This document shows positions 1 to 11,768 of a stretch of DNA of 53,149 bases, piece after piece. Below the pieces are notes generated by a model that saw only the letters and a program-made list of their open reading frames with translations, made no database searches and was not told where the DNA came from. Source of the DNA: Rhizaria sp. SCN 62-66. Lineage: Eukaryota. Each line of letters opens with the position of its first letter. Position 1 is the first letter of the stretch. The position numbers and the translations under genes are program-made. Location: positions 1 to 53,149 of the forward strand of contig MEDY01000239.1 in the NCBI GenBank assembly GCA_001724265.1. Direction: 5' to 3'.

Positions 1-1
1 C

Positions 2-90
<89 letters not shown>
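1..90 (+). repeat. (CAA)30 microsatellite, read as poly-Asn (AAC) in the ATG4 frame; runs off the window edge
   Basis: Perfect CAA repeat at 1-90; the AAC frame (starting at 2) is continuous with the ATG at 95. Confidence 0.95.
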
Positions 91-1042
91 CGCGATGACG
101 GCGTGCTGCGGGGCTGCGGGCGGGGCTGGGAGCAAACCCAAGCGTCACGGCCCTAATCCTAGCAATCACGCGAATAACAACGGCAAGCAGGCCAACAACA
201 GCGCTGCTGCTGGTGCTGCGGCCGGCAGCAATCGCAACGGAAATGGCACTGGGAACAAGATGATGCCTCGGAGTCAGAGTACGAACAAAATCTCAACTCT
301 GACCGAGCGCAACAACAGCACTGCTGCTGCTGCTGCGCACAAGTCATCTGTTGCTGCTGGCCACAACAACGGCCTCAACAACACCGCTGCGAGCATGACG
401 GCGATGAGTGCCGACAGAGGCGGCCTCACTTCCGACAAGGGCGGCCTCACTTCCGACGCCGGGTGGGGCTGCATGCTGCGCAGTGCGCAGATGCTGCTCG
501 CCAACGCCCTCTTGCGCCACGCAGTCACGCTAAGCCCTCAGTCGTTCGCTGTCGCTGCCGCTGCCGCTTCGACTGCCTCCGTCGCGACGACTGCTGCCAA
601 CAACGCCGGCGGCGCCGGCGGTGGCAACCTGAGTTCTGCGGCTAGCACTACCTCCGAGGCATCAACGGCTACGTCCGCAACAACGTCTGCGTCCGTGGCG
701 TTCGCAACCCTGCCCCCCGCCCTTGTGGCGACGATAATGCTCTTCTCCGACCATCCGGGGGCGATTTTTTCGGTCCACGCGCTGTGCCAGTGGGGCAACA
801 GCCGGCTGGGCAAGGGCGCGGGCGAGTGGTACGGTCCCAGCGAGACGGCGTGGCTGCTAAAGCACGCGATGGCGGCCGCGCAGGCCTGCGACGCGGCGGC
901 GGTGACTCACTATGGCAGGAGCTACGCGCATGCGTACGCGAGCTTTGTCAACAGTAATAGCAATAACAGCGGTACGCATGGGACGGGTGAGCATGCGAGT
1001 GCGCAGCCTCAGCCTCAGCCACAGTCTCAGCAGCAGCAGCCT

Positions 1043-1077
<35 letters not shown>

Positions 1078-3234
1078 CTTGGCCTCTCTGCTGCAGACGC
1101 ACCTGGATCTCGCCAGGTCCCAGTTGAGCCTGCCTCTGTGGGCTCAAACCCCCTGTCTGGCGATCGAGATCGCCGAGCACGGCACGGTTTACCTAGACCG
1201 GCTGGTCAAGTGGAGCCTGGGGCAGAGGCCCGACAACATCAACTGGCGGCCCTCGGCCACAAACGCCAACAACGTCAACATCAACAACAACAGCATCAGC
1301 AGCAGCAGCAGCAGCAATGCTAGCGCTAAGGGTAACCGCAAGAGTAGTGCGAATGGGACCACCTCGAGTGCAAGTGCTGATGCGGGGACGGACGCGAATG
1401 CGAGCTCGAGTGAGGTCATTTCATCCCTCCGGCTGCAAGTGCAGCAAGAGTCTCTGTCACTCCAAGCCCAGTCACAGCGACAGTCTCAGTCACAATCGAG
1501 TGCAAGTGCGAGTACCAATGCGGCGCCGAGCCTGACTGCGTCGCTGCTGACGCCGCCGGCGTGGCGGCCGCTGTTGCTGCTGGTGCCCGTGCGGCTGGGC
1601 AGCGACCGCGTCGACCCTGCCTACGTCGAGTCCCTGCTCATGGTACGGCTCCGACAAGAAACTTGGAACGAGTATATCTTGCTTGAATGAACACTCACTA
1701 ATACTAAACTGAGACATAACTTAATATCGTTGGTATATCTAATTAATCTAACAATATCTTCCTCACCGTGTAATATCTTTCTATATTCATTCTGGCTTTT
1801 GTATCTTCTACCCCACTCCAGTGCTTCCATTCGCCCGTCTTCGCCGGCGCCATCGGCGGCCGCCCCCGCGCCTCCCTCTTCTTCACCGGCGCCCAAGACT
1901 CTCGGCTGTTCTACCTCGACCCGCACACGGTGCAGCCCGCGGTCAACGCCAGCGCCATGCATGCTAGCGCCAGCAGCAACAGCCTCAGCCTCAGCGCCCA
2001 CGGCCACTCGCACGGCTCGAGCGCTGCGAGTACCGGGGCCGCTGCGAGTGGGCCGGGGCTGGGGAGCTACTTCTGCCCCACAGTGCAGTCGATCGACGTC
2101 GGGGGTACGCTATATATTCACGAATATATCATCGTAAAATATCGCACTGATACAGTTTGATCTCGTTCAAAGTACTCTTGACTTCAAATATGTGACTTTT
2201 CTAACTCCCCTTTTCATCCTGCCTTGCTTTTTCTTTCACTTGCGCTTTCCCTCTCGCGTCATCGCATCACAGCCATTGACCCCTGCCTGACTCTGGCGTT
2301 TTACCTGCCCTCTGAGGACGCCACAATGCAGTTCTGGGCCTTTGCCAAGACGATGATGGCCATCGCGGCCTCCCAGGCGAGCCCCCGCCCCAACCATAGT
2401 AACTCCAGCGCTGCCGCCGGCGGCGACGGCTACTATAGCGGGGGCGGGGGCAGCCGGTGGCTCTCGGTGCTCACGGCGGAGGACCTGGCGCCCAAGCTGT
2501 TCGGCTCAGACTCGGACTCGGACTCTGAATCTGACCGCAGCCGCGGCCACGGTCGCGGCCATAGTGAAAGCGACTGTGGCGGTGACCGCGACAGTGACCG
2601 CGCCAGCAACTGCGACTTCAACTCAGAGACTGAAACTGAGGCGGGCTCCTCTGATGTTGATGGCGGCGACGACGACGATTTTTTAGGAACCGGCACGGAG
2701 AGCAACAACTACAACGACGGCGACGACGATGACGACGACGACGACGACTATAGTGACACGGCAGGCCCTGATACTGAGGCTGAGTCAAGTGGCTTCCTGA
2801 ACCGCGGAGTCAGCCGCAAGCAGAGCAACAACAGTCACGATAACAAGTGTGATTGCGTTTGCACCTGCGCCAACACCAACACCGCGGCCGCCGCCACTGC
2901 CGCCGCCACTGCGTCTGCTGCTGTAGATGCTAAGGCCGTTGGCAGTGGTGGCAGCATTGGTCTTGGCGAGACTGATTCCGACTTGACTCTGGAATCGGAG
3001 CCTGAGACGGAGCCCAAGCGGCCCGTTATCACCCCTGTCAACACGAGCGCGAATGTTAGCGGCTCTAATGCCAGTGCCAGTGCGAAGGCTAAGGGCAAGG
3101 GTAAGGGTAAGGGTGGCCGAGCTAAGCGCGGCAGTGTAAGTGGGCTGGCTCGCCGCAAGTCTAAAGGGGGCGGCGTCGTAGGGATGAAAGGCAGCGACAA
3201 TGACGACGACGACGATGGGTTTGAGCTGATCTAA
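2..3234 (+). CDS. ATG4: ATG4 cysteine protease (peptidase C54), 5'-partial; exons <2-1642, 1822-2104, 2273-3234
   Basis: Catalytic Cys motif TSDAGWGCMLRSAQMLLA; also GKGAGEWYGPS and PLLLLVPVRLG. Splicing GT-AG introns 1643-1821 and 2105-2272 restores GAIGGRPRASLFFTGAQDSRLFYLDPH (catalytic Asp/His) and AIDPCLTLAFY. Ends DDGFELI-TAA, resembling the C-terminal LIR of ATG4s. The usual N-terminal WxTYR motif is not in the window. Confidence 0.93.
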
Positions 3235-4110
3235 TCGGCGGCATTGTGCGACCCGTAAAGCTACCAACGGTCCGTCGGCAATGACGGTGAGATGATTGAC
3301 TCCAAGCTAGTCTTGTTTTTTCTTGATACTTTAAGTATGATGTGAACAAGAAGAACAGTCAAGAATCTCAATGGGAATGAATGAATATGTTTGATAATAC
3401 GTTACAAAGATAGTTGTATAGATGTAGATATCGGTTTGTATGACGAATGTGATCCCAATACACCAATTACACCACGATTTTATGCCAAATACTCGTACGT
3501 TACTCGCTGCTCCGATCTCATCCTGCTTCAGCCACCGGAGCGAGCGCATTCACGGCTGGCACCACGTGATGACAACAAACACTATCCAGTTCACTCAGTG
3601 CTACCGATACAACAGTCGCAGTAGCTGTTGCTGTGTCCGAGTCGTCGTCGACAAGACTGTTGCGGTCACCTGTGCCGTCATTGCAATTTAATTACACATG
3701 TGCTTGTATGGAACGTGACGTTGATATGACGCAAAATAGTCATATCATAATATATACCGCAACAATAAGTCATTTTACGCAATGCAACACGAATTCGAAC
3801 TCAGTTCCAGTCGCAATAATCGCCCTCAGTGCAGTCAGCTCCACTCCTGAGTCGTCGTTTCGTAACAACGAACAACAGCAGTATGGGCTGTATGGAGTCA
3901 ATACAAAAGCGCCAGCGACAGCCCCTTACTTCCCATTGCAAGATTACGAAGCAGAAATTCAATTCAGAGAGTGTTTCGCGTTACAAAAGCAGAGCAATTC
4001 ATGATGATGCATTGCATAGAGCGGTAGAGCATTTCATGTTCATACTGTTTAGGGGGGGTTGTGAAGCAAAATGGAATTTTATCGCGGGGTTTGTGGGGAG
4101 GTTGTTGGAT

Positions 4111-4689
4111 TTACCGGGCAGCCTTGGCAGCACGCTCGATCTCGCCGCGCTTCTTGATAGCGAAGGAGTTGAGGTTGTCGGAGGCGCAGTTCATGATCTC
4201 GTCAGCGAGGCACTCAGCAACAGACTTGAGGTTGCGGAAGGCCGAGGCGCGGGCGCCCTGGGTGATGAGGTACACGGCCTGGTTGACGCGACGGAGGGGG
4301 GAAACGTCGCACGCCTGGCGGCGGACAACACCGCCGGAGCCGATGCGGGTGGAGTCCTCACGGGGGCCGGCACGGGAGANGGCAAGGATCTGGATGGGGT
4401 TCTTCTTGGTGACGAGGGCGACGATCTCAAGGGCCTGCTTGACGATGCGGATGGCAAGGAGCTTCTTACCGGTGTTGCGACCGTGGAACATCATCGAGTT
4501 GACGAGGCGCTCGACGACGGGGCAGGACGCCTTGCGGAAGGCACGCTTGGCATAGCGGCCAGCAGTGTGGGGAGCGTAGACGGCGCGCTTCTTGATAGTG
4601 ATGTAGTCGACCAGGGAGAGGTCGGGGACGGAGACGTCGTCCAGGGAGAACTTGTTGAAGAGGCGGACCTCGTTAGCGAACGTAGCCAT
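4111..4689 (-). CDS. RPS5: 40S ribosomal protein S5 (uS7)
   Basis: [79 protein letters not shown]. One N at 4380, and the region appears about 2 codons short. Confidence 0.98.
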   Translation of the reverse strand: MATFANEVRLFNKFSLDDVSVPDLSLVDYITIKKRAVYAPHTAGRYAKRAFRKASCPVVERLVNSMMFHGRNTGKKLLAIRIVKQALEIVALVTKKNPIQILAXSRAGPREDSTRIGSGGVVRRQACDVSPLRRVNQAVYLITQGARASAFRNLKSVAECLADEIMNCASDNLNSFAIKKRGEIERAAKAAR

Positions 4690-5407
4690 CGTTGTCTATC
4701 CAGCCACACGAAACGAATAAAAGCAAGAAGTCGTAGGGGAAGGGAGGAGGAAGTAAAGTGGGTACGGAGAGCGCATGATGAGGCTTAGAGAAGTAAATGT
4801 TCCTTCACCAGTATGACACACACACGGCAAATCGGTGACATATACGAATTGGCTATTTGACGAGGTTGTGGGTCGCTAGAGACGCCACAAGTAGTGTCCG
4901 CAGCTCGGTCAACAAGGGCTGTGGGAGTCAGGCGCTAGTCATTATAGTCACGGATTTGTACAACATATCTGCCACTTTGCGCTTATATATGAATATCTTA
5001 ACAATACAATAGACCCCTGCAAAGTATTCGCATATCTATAACGTGTCTTTGTGGCCTCCAAAATGATCGAGAAGTCGCGCTCCAACCTCCCGCAGTTTTT
5101 CGCTTGCGTCCGTCGGATTTTTCGGTCCAGGGCTCCGCACAGTCAGTCAGTCACTCCTCGTCAACATGACATTAACGCATCACGAAGCAACATTGAACAA
5201 ATACCGATGGTTTATCTCCGCAATATAGTGTAGTTAGGAATATAATACACGGCAAAATTGCAGTTTTAATGCACTTTGTATCGATGTATAGCGCTTAACA
5301 CGTGGGATTTGGAAAGTGTCTAAGTAACCCACACTCATAAGCGCCCTTGTTTTGCAGATAAACTATTTAACATGACGAGAATACAACATGAAAATAATGT
5401 CGGTACA

Positions 5408-8113
5408 TCAAACGTAGACGCACATGTTGTCGAACTGGTCGATATACGAGAGATAAAAAACCGCCGACACGGCGAGCGCGCCGAACTGAGCGAGCGCCCA
5501 CAGCGACAGGTGCACTCGAGAGTCACGCGTTACCGTGTACCGCGTGAAGCACGTGCGCACGTCGTGGCACACGCCGCTGTCGTCACGGTCGTCGTCGCAG
5601 TCGTCGCCGTTGCCACCGTTGGTGATGATCGAATTGCACCCACACAGCTGCTGCTGTTGTTGCTGTTGGCGCGTGTTCGAGTTGCTGTAGTTGCTGTTGT
5701 TGGTGGTGCCATTATCATTGCGACCGTTGTCCTCACGCTCTTGCAAAGCATCAGCAACGTTGTGAGCATTAATACTGCTGCTACTGCTGCTGCTAGGCAT
5801 TGCCATATTGATAGGATCAGTTGCATTATCAGCATTCGCAGCTGAGGCAGTAGCGTTGACGCGACTTGCATTCGCGCTCGCGTTTATGCTGTGGTGGTCG
5901 CGGATGTCGTTGTCCACGTCAATGTTACTGTTCTTCACAGAGTCCGTAAAAACGGTTCTGTAAGGACTCATTTCAATCTCAGCCGTTGTCGCAGCCGCCG
6001 TCGCAGCCGCCGTCGCAGCCGCCGTCGCAGTCTCGGCCGTCGCCGCCGCAGTCTGGGTCGCTGCCGCGGGATTGTTGCCGTCGCTGCCTTCGTTCTGCTG
6101 CTGCTGCGGCGGCGGCAGCGTCATGGGCTCAAGCCCCAGTCGCATCCGCCGCTCCTTTTCCCTCTTTTCCCTCTCCGCCTGCCGCGCCGTCGCCCGACCG
6201 ACTGCCACGGCCGCCGCCACCTCGGCCGCGCGCCGCCGCAGCCGCGCCGCGCCCCTGCTGCGGGCCGCCTCAACGACGGCGCAGGGGACAATGCACAGCA
6301 GCAGCGCCAGCGCCAGCGCAAGACAGGCGGCACGCCAGCGCAGCCAGCGGCGCCACGGCCACTGGGACTCCGCCTCGTAGTCGAAAGGGGTACTTAGAGG
6401 CGCGACGGCGTGGAGTGTAGAAAGCGGGGCCGCTAGGGAGGTAGTACTGAGCGAACTTGCGTGCGTACTTGTGGCAGCCATAGCAGAGGTACTGAGTGCG
6501 ACAACGCGACGGCTTAGCTTTGTCACAAGTTCCGGCACCAATGAAAACATGTCGTTGGCGGTGTTCATGTTGATCGCTGTCATGTCTGCTGCTTTGCTGC
6601 TGTTGCCGTCACTGCTGCTGCCAATGTTGCTGTCAAGTTCGCTCACAGTCTTATCCGTCGCCGCCACAAGCAAGGTCTGAAACAGCGACGCGAGCGGAAT
6701 ATAGGCCGCCGCGGCTAGATTATGACAGCGCGGGTGCACCCTGAAGCTCACAGTCCCCAGCAACCCCAGTGCCACTGCGGCCGCGACGCCGACCGCGGCG
6801 GCGGCGTCCGCCAGCGCCGCCGGTACCGGCGCCGGCACTGTCGCCGTCGTTGCTGGCGCAGAGCCGGCGTCGGCGTCAATCGGGGGCAGGGCGAGGGGGC
6901 GGCGGAGGGCTAGGCGCGCTGTGAGAGCGAATAGGAGATGCAGCAACGCGGCCGCGGCGAGAAACAGGGCGAAGAAGGGGAAAACGGCGGGGGCGGAGCC
7001 AGCGCGGCAGAGGATGTGGACCGCGGGGGCCGCCGTCGACGGCGACGGAACCGCCGCGGCTGCTGCTGCTGCTGCTGCTGCTGAGGTACCAGCTGAGGCG
7101 AAGGGTTGAGGAGGGACGTGCGACCTGTGGACACTGTTCGCGACGTTATAACGACTACTGCTGCTGGTGACGGTGCTGCTGTAAGAGAGCGCGTGCGAGT
7201 GGGGACTGCGGGGGCTGGTGGGGCCCCGAGGGCCCGGGGGCGCGGCCGCGACCGCGAGGGTGAGCTCAGTCGCAGAGGATAGGTACGACGAGACAGCGTT
7301 GGTGGACTCGTTGGATTCAGCGTCCGTAGCCTCGGGGGGCGCGAGAACGAGCGCGCTTGCGTTGTCGTCATCGTCCTCAATGTCGTTGTTGTTGAGATTA
7401 GATGCGCGACATTGGGGGCAGGTATAATAGAGCCGCGGCCTGACAGGAACAGAGAAAACAACAGCACAAAGTTGCAAGGGAATGAGTTAGAGGCGAGAAG
7501 AACAGATAAACAACACAATTTCCTGTTATAAAATAACAAATTGCGCACATATCACGTGGGTTTTATCGAGGAGTAAGATATGTGCGATATATCCTTGCTT
7601 TAGTCATCGTCATGTGTGGACGCACCTAGGTTGCTGACAGCAGAAGAAGAGACATGCCACAGCGGCACTGCGCGCGCGCGCCCGGTGCAGGCAGCCGCAG
7701 CTGGCGCAGCAGCGCGGCGGGCGCTCCTCGCGGACGAGCTCCACGCCGAGGCCGAGGGCGTTGGCGGGAGAGCGGGTGACGAGACGGCGACCGCGAAAGC
7801 TGCCGCAACATGCGCTGTTGCTGTTGCTAGTGTTGGCGTCAGCATTAACGTTGTTATTGTTGCTGTTGCTCATCATGCTCGCAAAACGGCTCGGGCTATA
7901 GTGGACCTCCGCGTTGTTACCGCTGCCGCCGTTGCCGTTGCCACTTTGCCGCGCCTTGTACGCCGTGATGCAGGACGACACGAAGGCGATGGTGAGTGCA
8001 GTCAACACCAGCGCGGCGTAGGCGATGGGAATGAACGAAAGCGAGAAGACCGAGGTCACGACAACGGGGGACAAAGACGCAGCCGTGGCGGCCGCGGAGG
8101 ACGGGCACGGCAT
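5408..8113 (-). CDS. Frag1/DRAM/Sfk1-like multi-pass membrane protein; exons 8113-7626 and 7439-5408
   Basis: The phase-2 intron 7625-7440 (GTGCGT...TCAG) joins the two ORFs in frame (CQQPR/PRLYYTCPQC). TM1 FIPIAYAALVLTALTIAF, later LGLLGTVSFRVHPRCHNLAAAAY and C-terminal WALAQFGALAVSAVFYLSYIDQF follow the family pattern. Stop TGA. Confidence 0.65.
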
Positions 8114-8751
8114 CGACGGCAGAGGTCAAGGTCGCTCCAGCAGTCGCGATGAGAAATTGGTAACTGATGTTGCAATGTGCTTGCTTGGGTTCGCCTTGTT
8201 GTTGTGATGTGGCGACAAACGCGCCGTGGAGGGGGTGGCACAAGTAGAAAGGACTTAAAACAACTAGAGCAGCTGTTGACACACTCTTATTGTGTCGAAC
8301 AAAGAGAGTGCGGAGAGAGTGGTGATGAGAAATGTCGCGTCGGTTAACTCGCTTCGGTCCTTGCGTTTGAGACAGCGAAGAAGTTAAAATAGACGATGTA
8401 TATGAACGTGCTTAGTTGAATACTTTAAATAAGTGGCGATTTTGTCTATATGAAACACAGTCGCGTTTGAATTGCAACAACAGACGGACAACTGCGCCCA
8501 ATATCCAGTGCTCCTTATCCCTTCGAACCTCGCCCATAGCCCCAGTCAATCCCACCACAAATCATCATCCTAACACTAAATCACGCAGTTTTCCGGGTAT
8601 ATGACGCGCAGTCACAGCCAAACAAGCACATCAGACACCGCTCTATAGACAAAATAATATGCCTCAGGTTTGACTTTCTAGCGTTACATTAAAATCATTA
8701 AAGCTTAAATACATATTTCGAGCAGTTTGAGTTATTCACAAAGAGCTTAGC

Positions 8752-9828
8752 TCAGTACTGGCTGCCGCCAGCAGCGGGCGTCACCGCGGCGGCCGTGCCG
8801 GCCGCAGCCCTGCGCTGGGCGTCCTTGGCGGCCTTCTCTTCCCTAGCCCTGGTTTCCTCAGCCTCGCGGGCCGCGAACTCGGCCTCCTCCTCGGGGCTCC
8901 ACTTGCGCGCGACCACGCGCGACTTAACATACAGATGTTAGGCCGCAGCAGTGAGTCAGCGAAGGAGGGAGCAAAGAAAATATGACGTGCATGTGTACGT
9001 GCGTGTGCACAGAACAGCAGAGAGTGCAGAGCAGTCGAACAGTACAGCAAACGCACAGAGCGAGGTGTGCATACAGGACAGAAGAAAAAAGAAGAAGATG
9101 ATATAACATGGTTAGTGACACAGATAAGTTTAAAATAAGATACATTCACATATATGATATGTTACTACACAATGTGCCGTGTGATTAAGTCTCGATCGCG
9201 CGATACATGTTGCGAATGTTTTGAATCGACGAGTCTAAATGCAGACGTACGGCTTCGAGCGCCTCCTGGACGCGCGCAACCTTCTTGGCCACGGCAGCGG
9301 TGTGCTTCTCCTTGGTGTCCTTGGACTTGGCCAGCTGCGCCGCGCGCACCTCAGCCTTGTGCTTCTGCAAACACGTGAGCAAACAAACAGTCAGTGGGAT
9401 GCAAGTGAGATACAAATGGCGGCAACAGAAAAGCGCCTATGGCGGCCGATCAAGAACAAAATAACACAAAAACAGAGTATATAGTTGCGATGTGCGCAAT
9501 AAACGCAGTGATATAACGCGAAACGTACGTCGCGCTCGGCCTTCTCCTTCTTGCGCTGCTCCTTCTCGTCGACGGTTTTCTCGCGCCTGTCTGCGCCCGC
9601 GCCGGCCGCGGGCTCGGCCGCCTTGCGAGGCGCGGCGCGCGAGCGCGAGTTCATGCCGCCCACGTCGCGCTGTAGCGCGGGGGACGAGTGGAACATGCGC
9701 CGCGCCGCGCTCGCGCTTGCAGCCGCAGTCACGGAGTTGAAGGCGGTGAGGCGAGCGGGCACAGCAGCAGAGCTGGTGACGAGACGGTGGGCCAGAGCGG
9801 CGACGCTGGAGCGAGAAGAGGCAAGCAT
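8752..9828 (-). CDS. Small Lys/Glu/Ala-rich protein with a predicted mitochondrial presequence; exons 9828-9529, 9364-9251, 8922-8752
   Basis: N-terminus MLASSRSSVAALAHRLV...ARRMFHSSPALQR is presequence-like. Two phase-0 GTACGT introns (9528-9365, 9250-8923) give a continuous frame ending GGSQY-TGA. Family not recognised. Confidence 0.7.
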
Positions 9829-10350
9829 AAGTGTGTCAAGGGCAGCACAGCGCGGTTGGCTTGGTGTTGCGCTCTGTTGCAAAGCGAAGCGGGTGTGATC
9901 GAGAGACTCGCGTTAGGGGTTTCGGGACTCTGGTGGAGTGCTGAAGAGGGTAATGAGAAAGTGATGAAAAATGAGGATACGCGAGGATTTGTCGCGTATA
10001 ATTAAGGGGGAATAATCAAAACTGCTATTGAAGTATTGGTTCATTTCTTATGCAGCTCCTGTCGGACCCCTTATAGCTCTACTTACTTGCCCGATTCCAT
10101 CCTCGATCGCAGCACTTGGCCTCACAGTCAGACCCTCTTTGTCAGCATTACACCCATGAGGATATCTTTCTTTACGCATATTCACCATGCAAGTCTTAAA
10201 TTTTCAACTAATTACACTACGGTCTAACTGTTATGTCCTTCAAGTCATCTCATAAACCTGCATTGCCACCTTTTTTTATCTCCCCACCACAAACCAAAGC
10301 CGACAACCCAAACTACGCCTCCCGAGTTGCAGCGCTCACGCCCCCACACA

Positions 10351-11394
10351 ATGTCGATGAAGTCCCTGCTGACGCGGCTGGCGCCTCACGGTCTAGACCC
10401 GCTGCACTGCATCCTGCTGGCCACGGTCGCCGGCACAGTCACCTTTATCGCTCTCCTACTCAAGTCCAAGCGCGGCTCTAGTGCCGGCTCTACCAAGAGC
10501 GCTGCGACCTGCTACGACGCGTCGATGCCGGCCATGAACACGACCCCGGGCTTGCCGCTGCCGCCGCCGCTGAGCCCGAACAACAACGAGACCTTCCTCG
10601 CGGGCGCCATGGGCTGCGGTCGTGCCCATGACGCGGCCAAACTTCTCGACTTCCTGCTCACTGTCGGCTCGCTCAAGACGCAGAAGCGGACGGGCTGGGT
10701 GAATCACGGCGTGGAGCTGCCAGAGTCGATCGCGGACCACATGTACCGCCTCACGCTCATGGGGCTCACGCTCACCGACTCCAACGTCAACACGCTGCGC
10801 GCGGCGCTCATCGGCGCCGTGCACGACCTGGCGGAGGCCGAGGCGGGCGACATCACGCCCACGTCCGTCTCGGGCGTGTCCAAGGAGGAGAAGCACCGCC
10901 TCGAGGTCGAGGGGCTCGCGCGCATGTTGGCCAACTTTTCCGCCGTGCCCACGGTGCAGGCGCGCGTGCGCCGACTCTGGGAGGGCTACGAATACGCGAC
11001 CACTCCTGAGGGCAAGGTCGTCAAGCAGCTGGACAAGCTCGAGATGGTGATCCAGGCGTTCGAGTACGAGCGCGACCAGCGCATGCGGCTCGACGCCTTC
11101 TTCGACAGCACGCGTCACTCATTCACGCACCCGGAGGCCGCGGCGCTGCACCGCGAAGTGCTGCGCCGCCGCGAGGAGCTGCACCAGCAGTGGGAGACCG
11201 AGGCCGCCGCGCCGGGCGGCCGGCCCGTGCCAGCCGCCACGACGCCGCACGACGGCAGGGACAAGGCCGAGGCCAGGGCCAAGGCGGCCGCGGAGGCGGC
11301 GGCCGCGGCGGCTGAGGCGGCGGCGGAGGCAGAGGAGAAGAAGGCTGCGACTGCGAAGGCAGAGAGCGACGATGTGCTTCGTCAGAGGAAGTAA
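10351..11394 (+). CDS. HDDC2: HD-domain 5'-deoxynucleotidase (HDDC2/YGK1-like) with an N-terminal hydrophobic segment
   Basis: LKTQKRTGWV, ESIADHMYRL, VHDLAEAEAGDITP, KEEKHRLE, VKQLDKLEMVIQAFEYE. First ATG at 10351; stop TAA. Confidence 0.92.
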   Translation: MSMKSLLTRLAPHGLDPLHCILLATVAGTVTFIALLLKSKRGSSAGSTKSAATCYDASMPAMNTTPGLPLPPPLSPNNNETFLAGAMGCGRAHDAAKLLDFLLTVGSLKTQKRTGWVNHGVELPESIADHMYRLTLMGLTLTDSNVNTLRAALIGAVHDLAEAEAGDITPTSVSGVSKEEKHRLEVEGLARMLANFSAVPTVQARVRRLWEGYEYATTPEGKVVKQLDKLEMVIQAFEYERDQRMRLDAFFDSTRHSFTHPEAAALHREVLRRREELHQQWETEAAAPGGRPVPAATTPHDGRDKAEARAKAAAEAAAAAAEAAAEAEEKKAATAKAESDDVLRQRK

Positions 11395-11768
11395 TTAAGT
11401 TAATATACATTCATGTTTGTTGTTTTTGCATGTGTGTTCTGAACATGAAGCTTATGTTTTTCGTTTTTGTTTCGTAATTGCGTGAGATCTGCAAGAATAA
11501 ACAAACTCTCAGAGCCGTGTTTTCTTTTTGCCTTCATATACAATTATTCAACGGCAAAGGTTCGCTCTACGAGCATTCAATATTGTTGACACAAATGAAC
11601 GAAATCAAAACGTATCAATGTATTAGTTGTAATGTTTTACTAAGATAAATCACAATAAGTGTTTGGTATTGGTTTTGAACAGGGATCCATTGTTTCATCC
11701 ATAGATAATACCACAAAACATTCTTCATGGCCAGTCACAACGTGATGCCCTGAGTCGTCGCGCTTGAG

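Noticed and set aside
1-90. Telomere or CRISPR-like array at the window start
   Set aside because: It is a simple trinucleotide repeat in frame with ATG4 (poly-Asn); shorter AAC tracts occur in other exons and there are no spacers.
4371-4390. Apparent 2-residue deletion in RPS5 ([13 protein letters not shown])
   Set aside because: It coincides with the single N at 4380, so it is most likely an assembly gap.
3829-4788. 319-aa plus-strand ORF, and similar long antisense ORFs such as 48145-49356 and 22249-23241
   Set aside because: These are shadow ORFs opposite real genes, expected from GC-rich codon usage.
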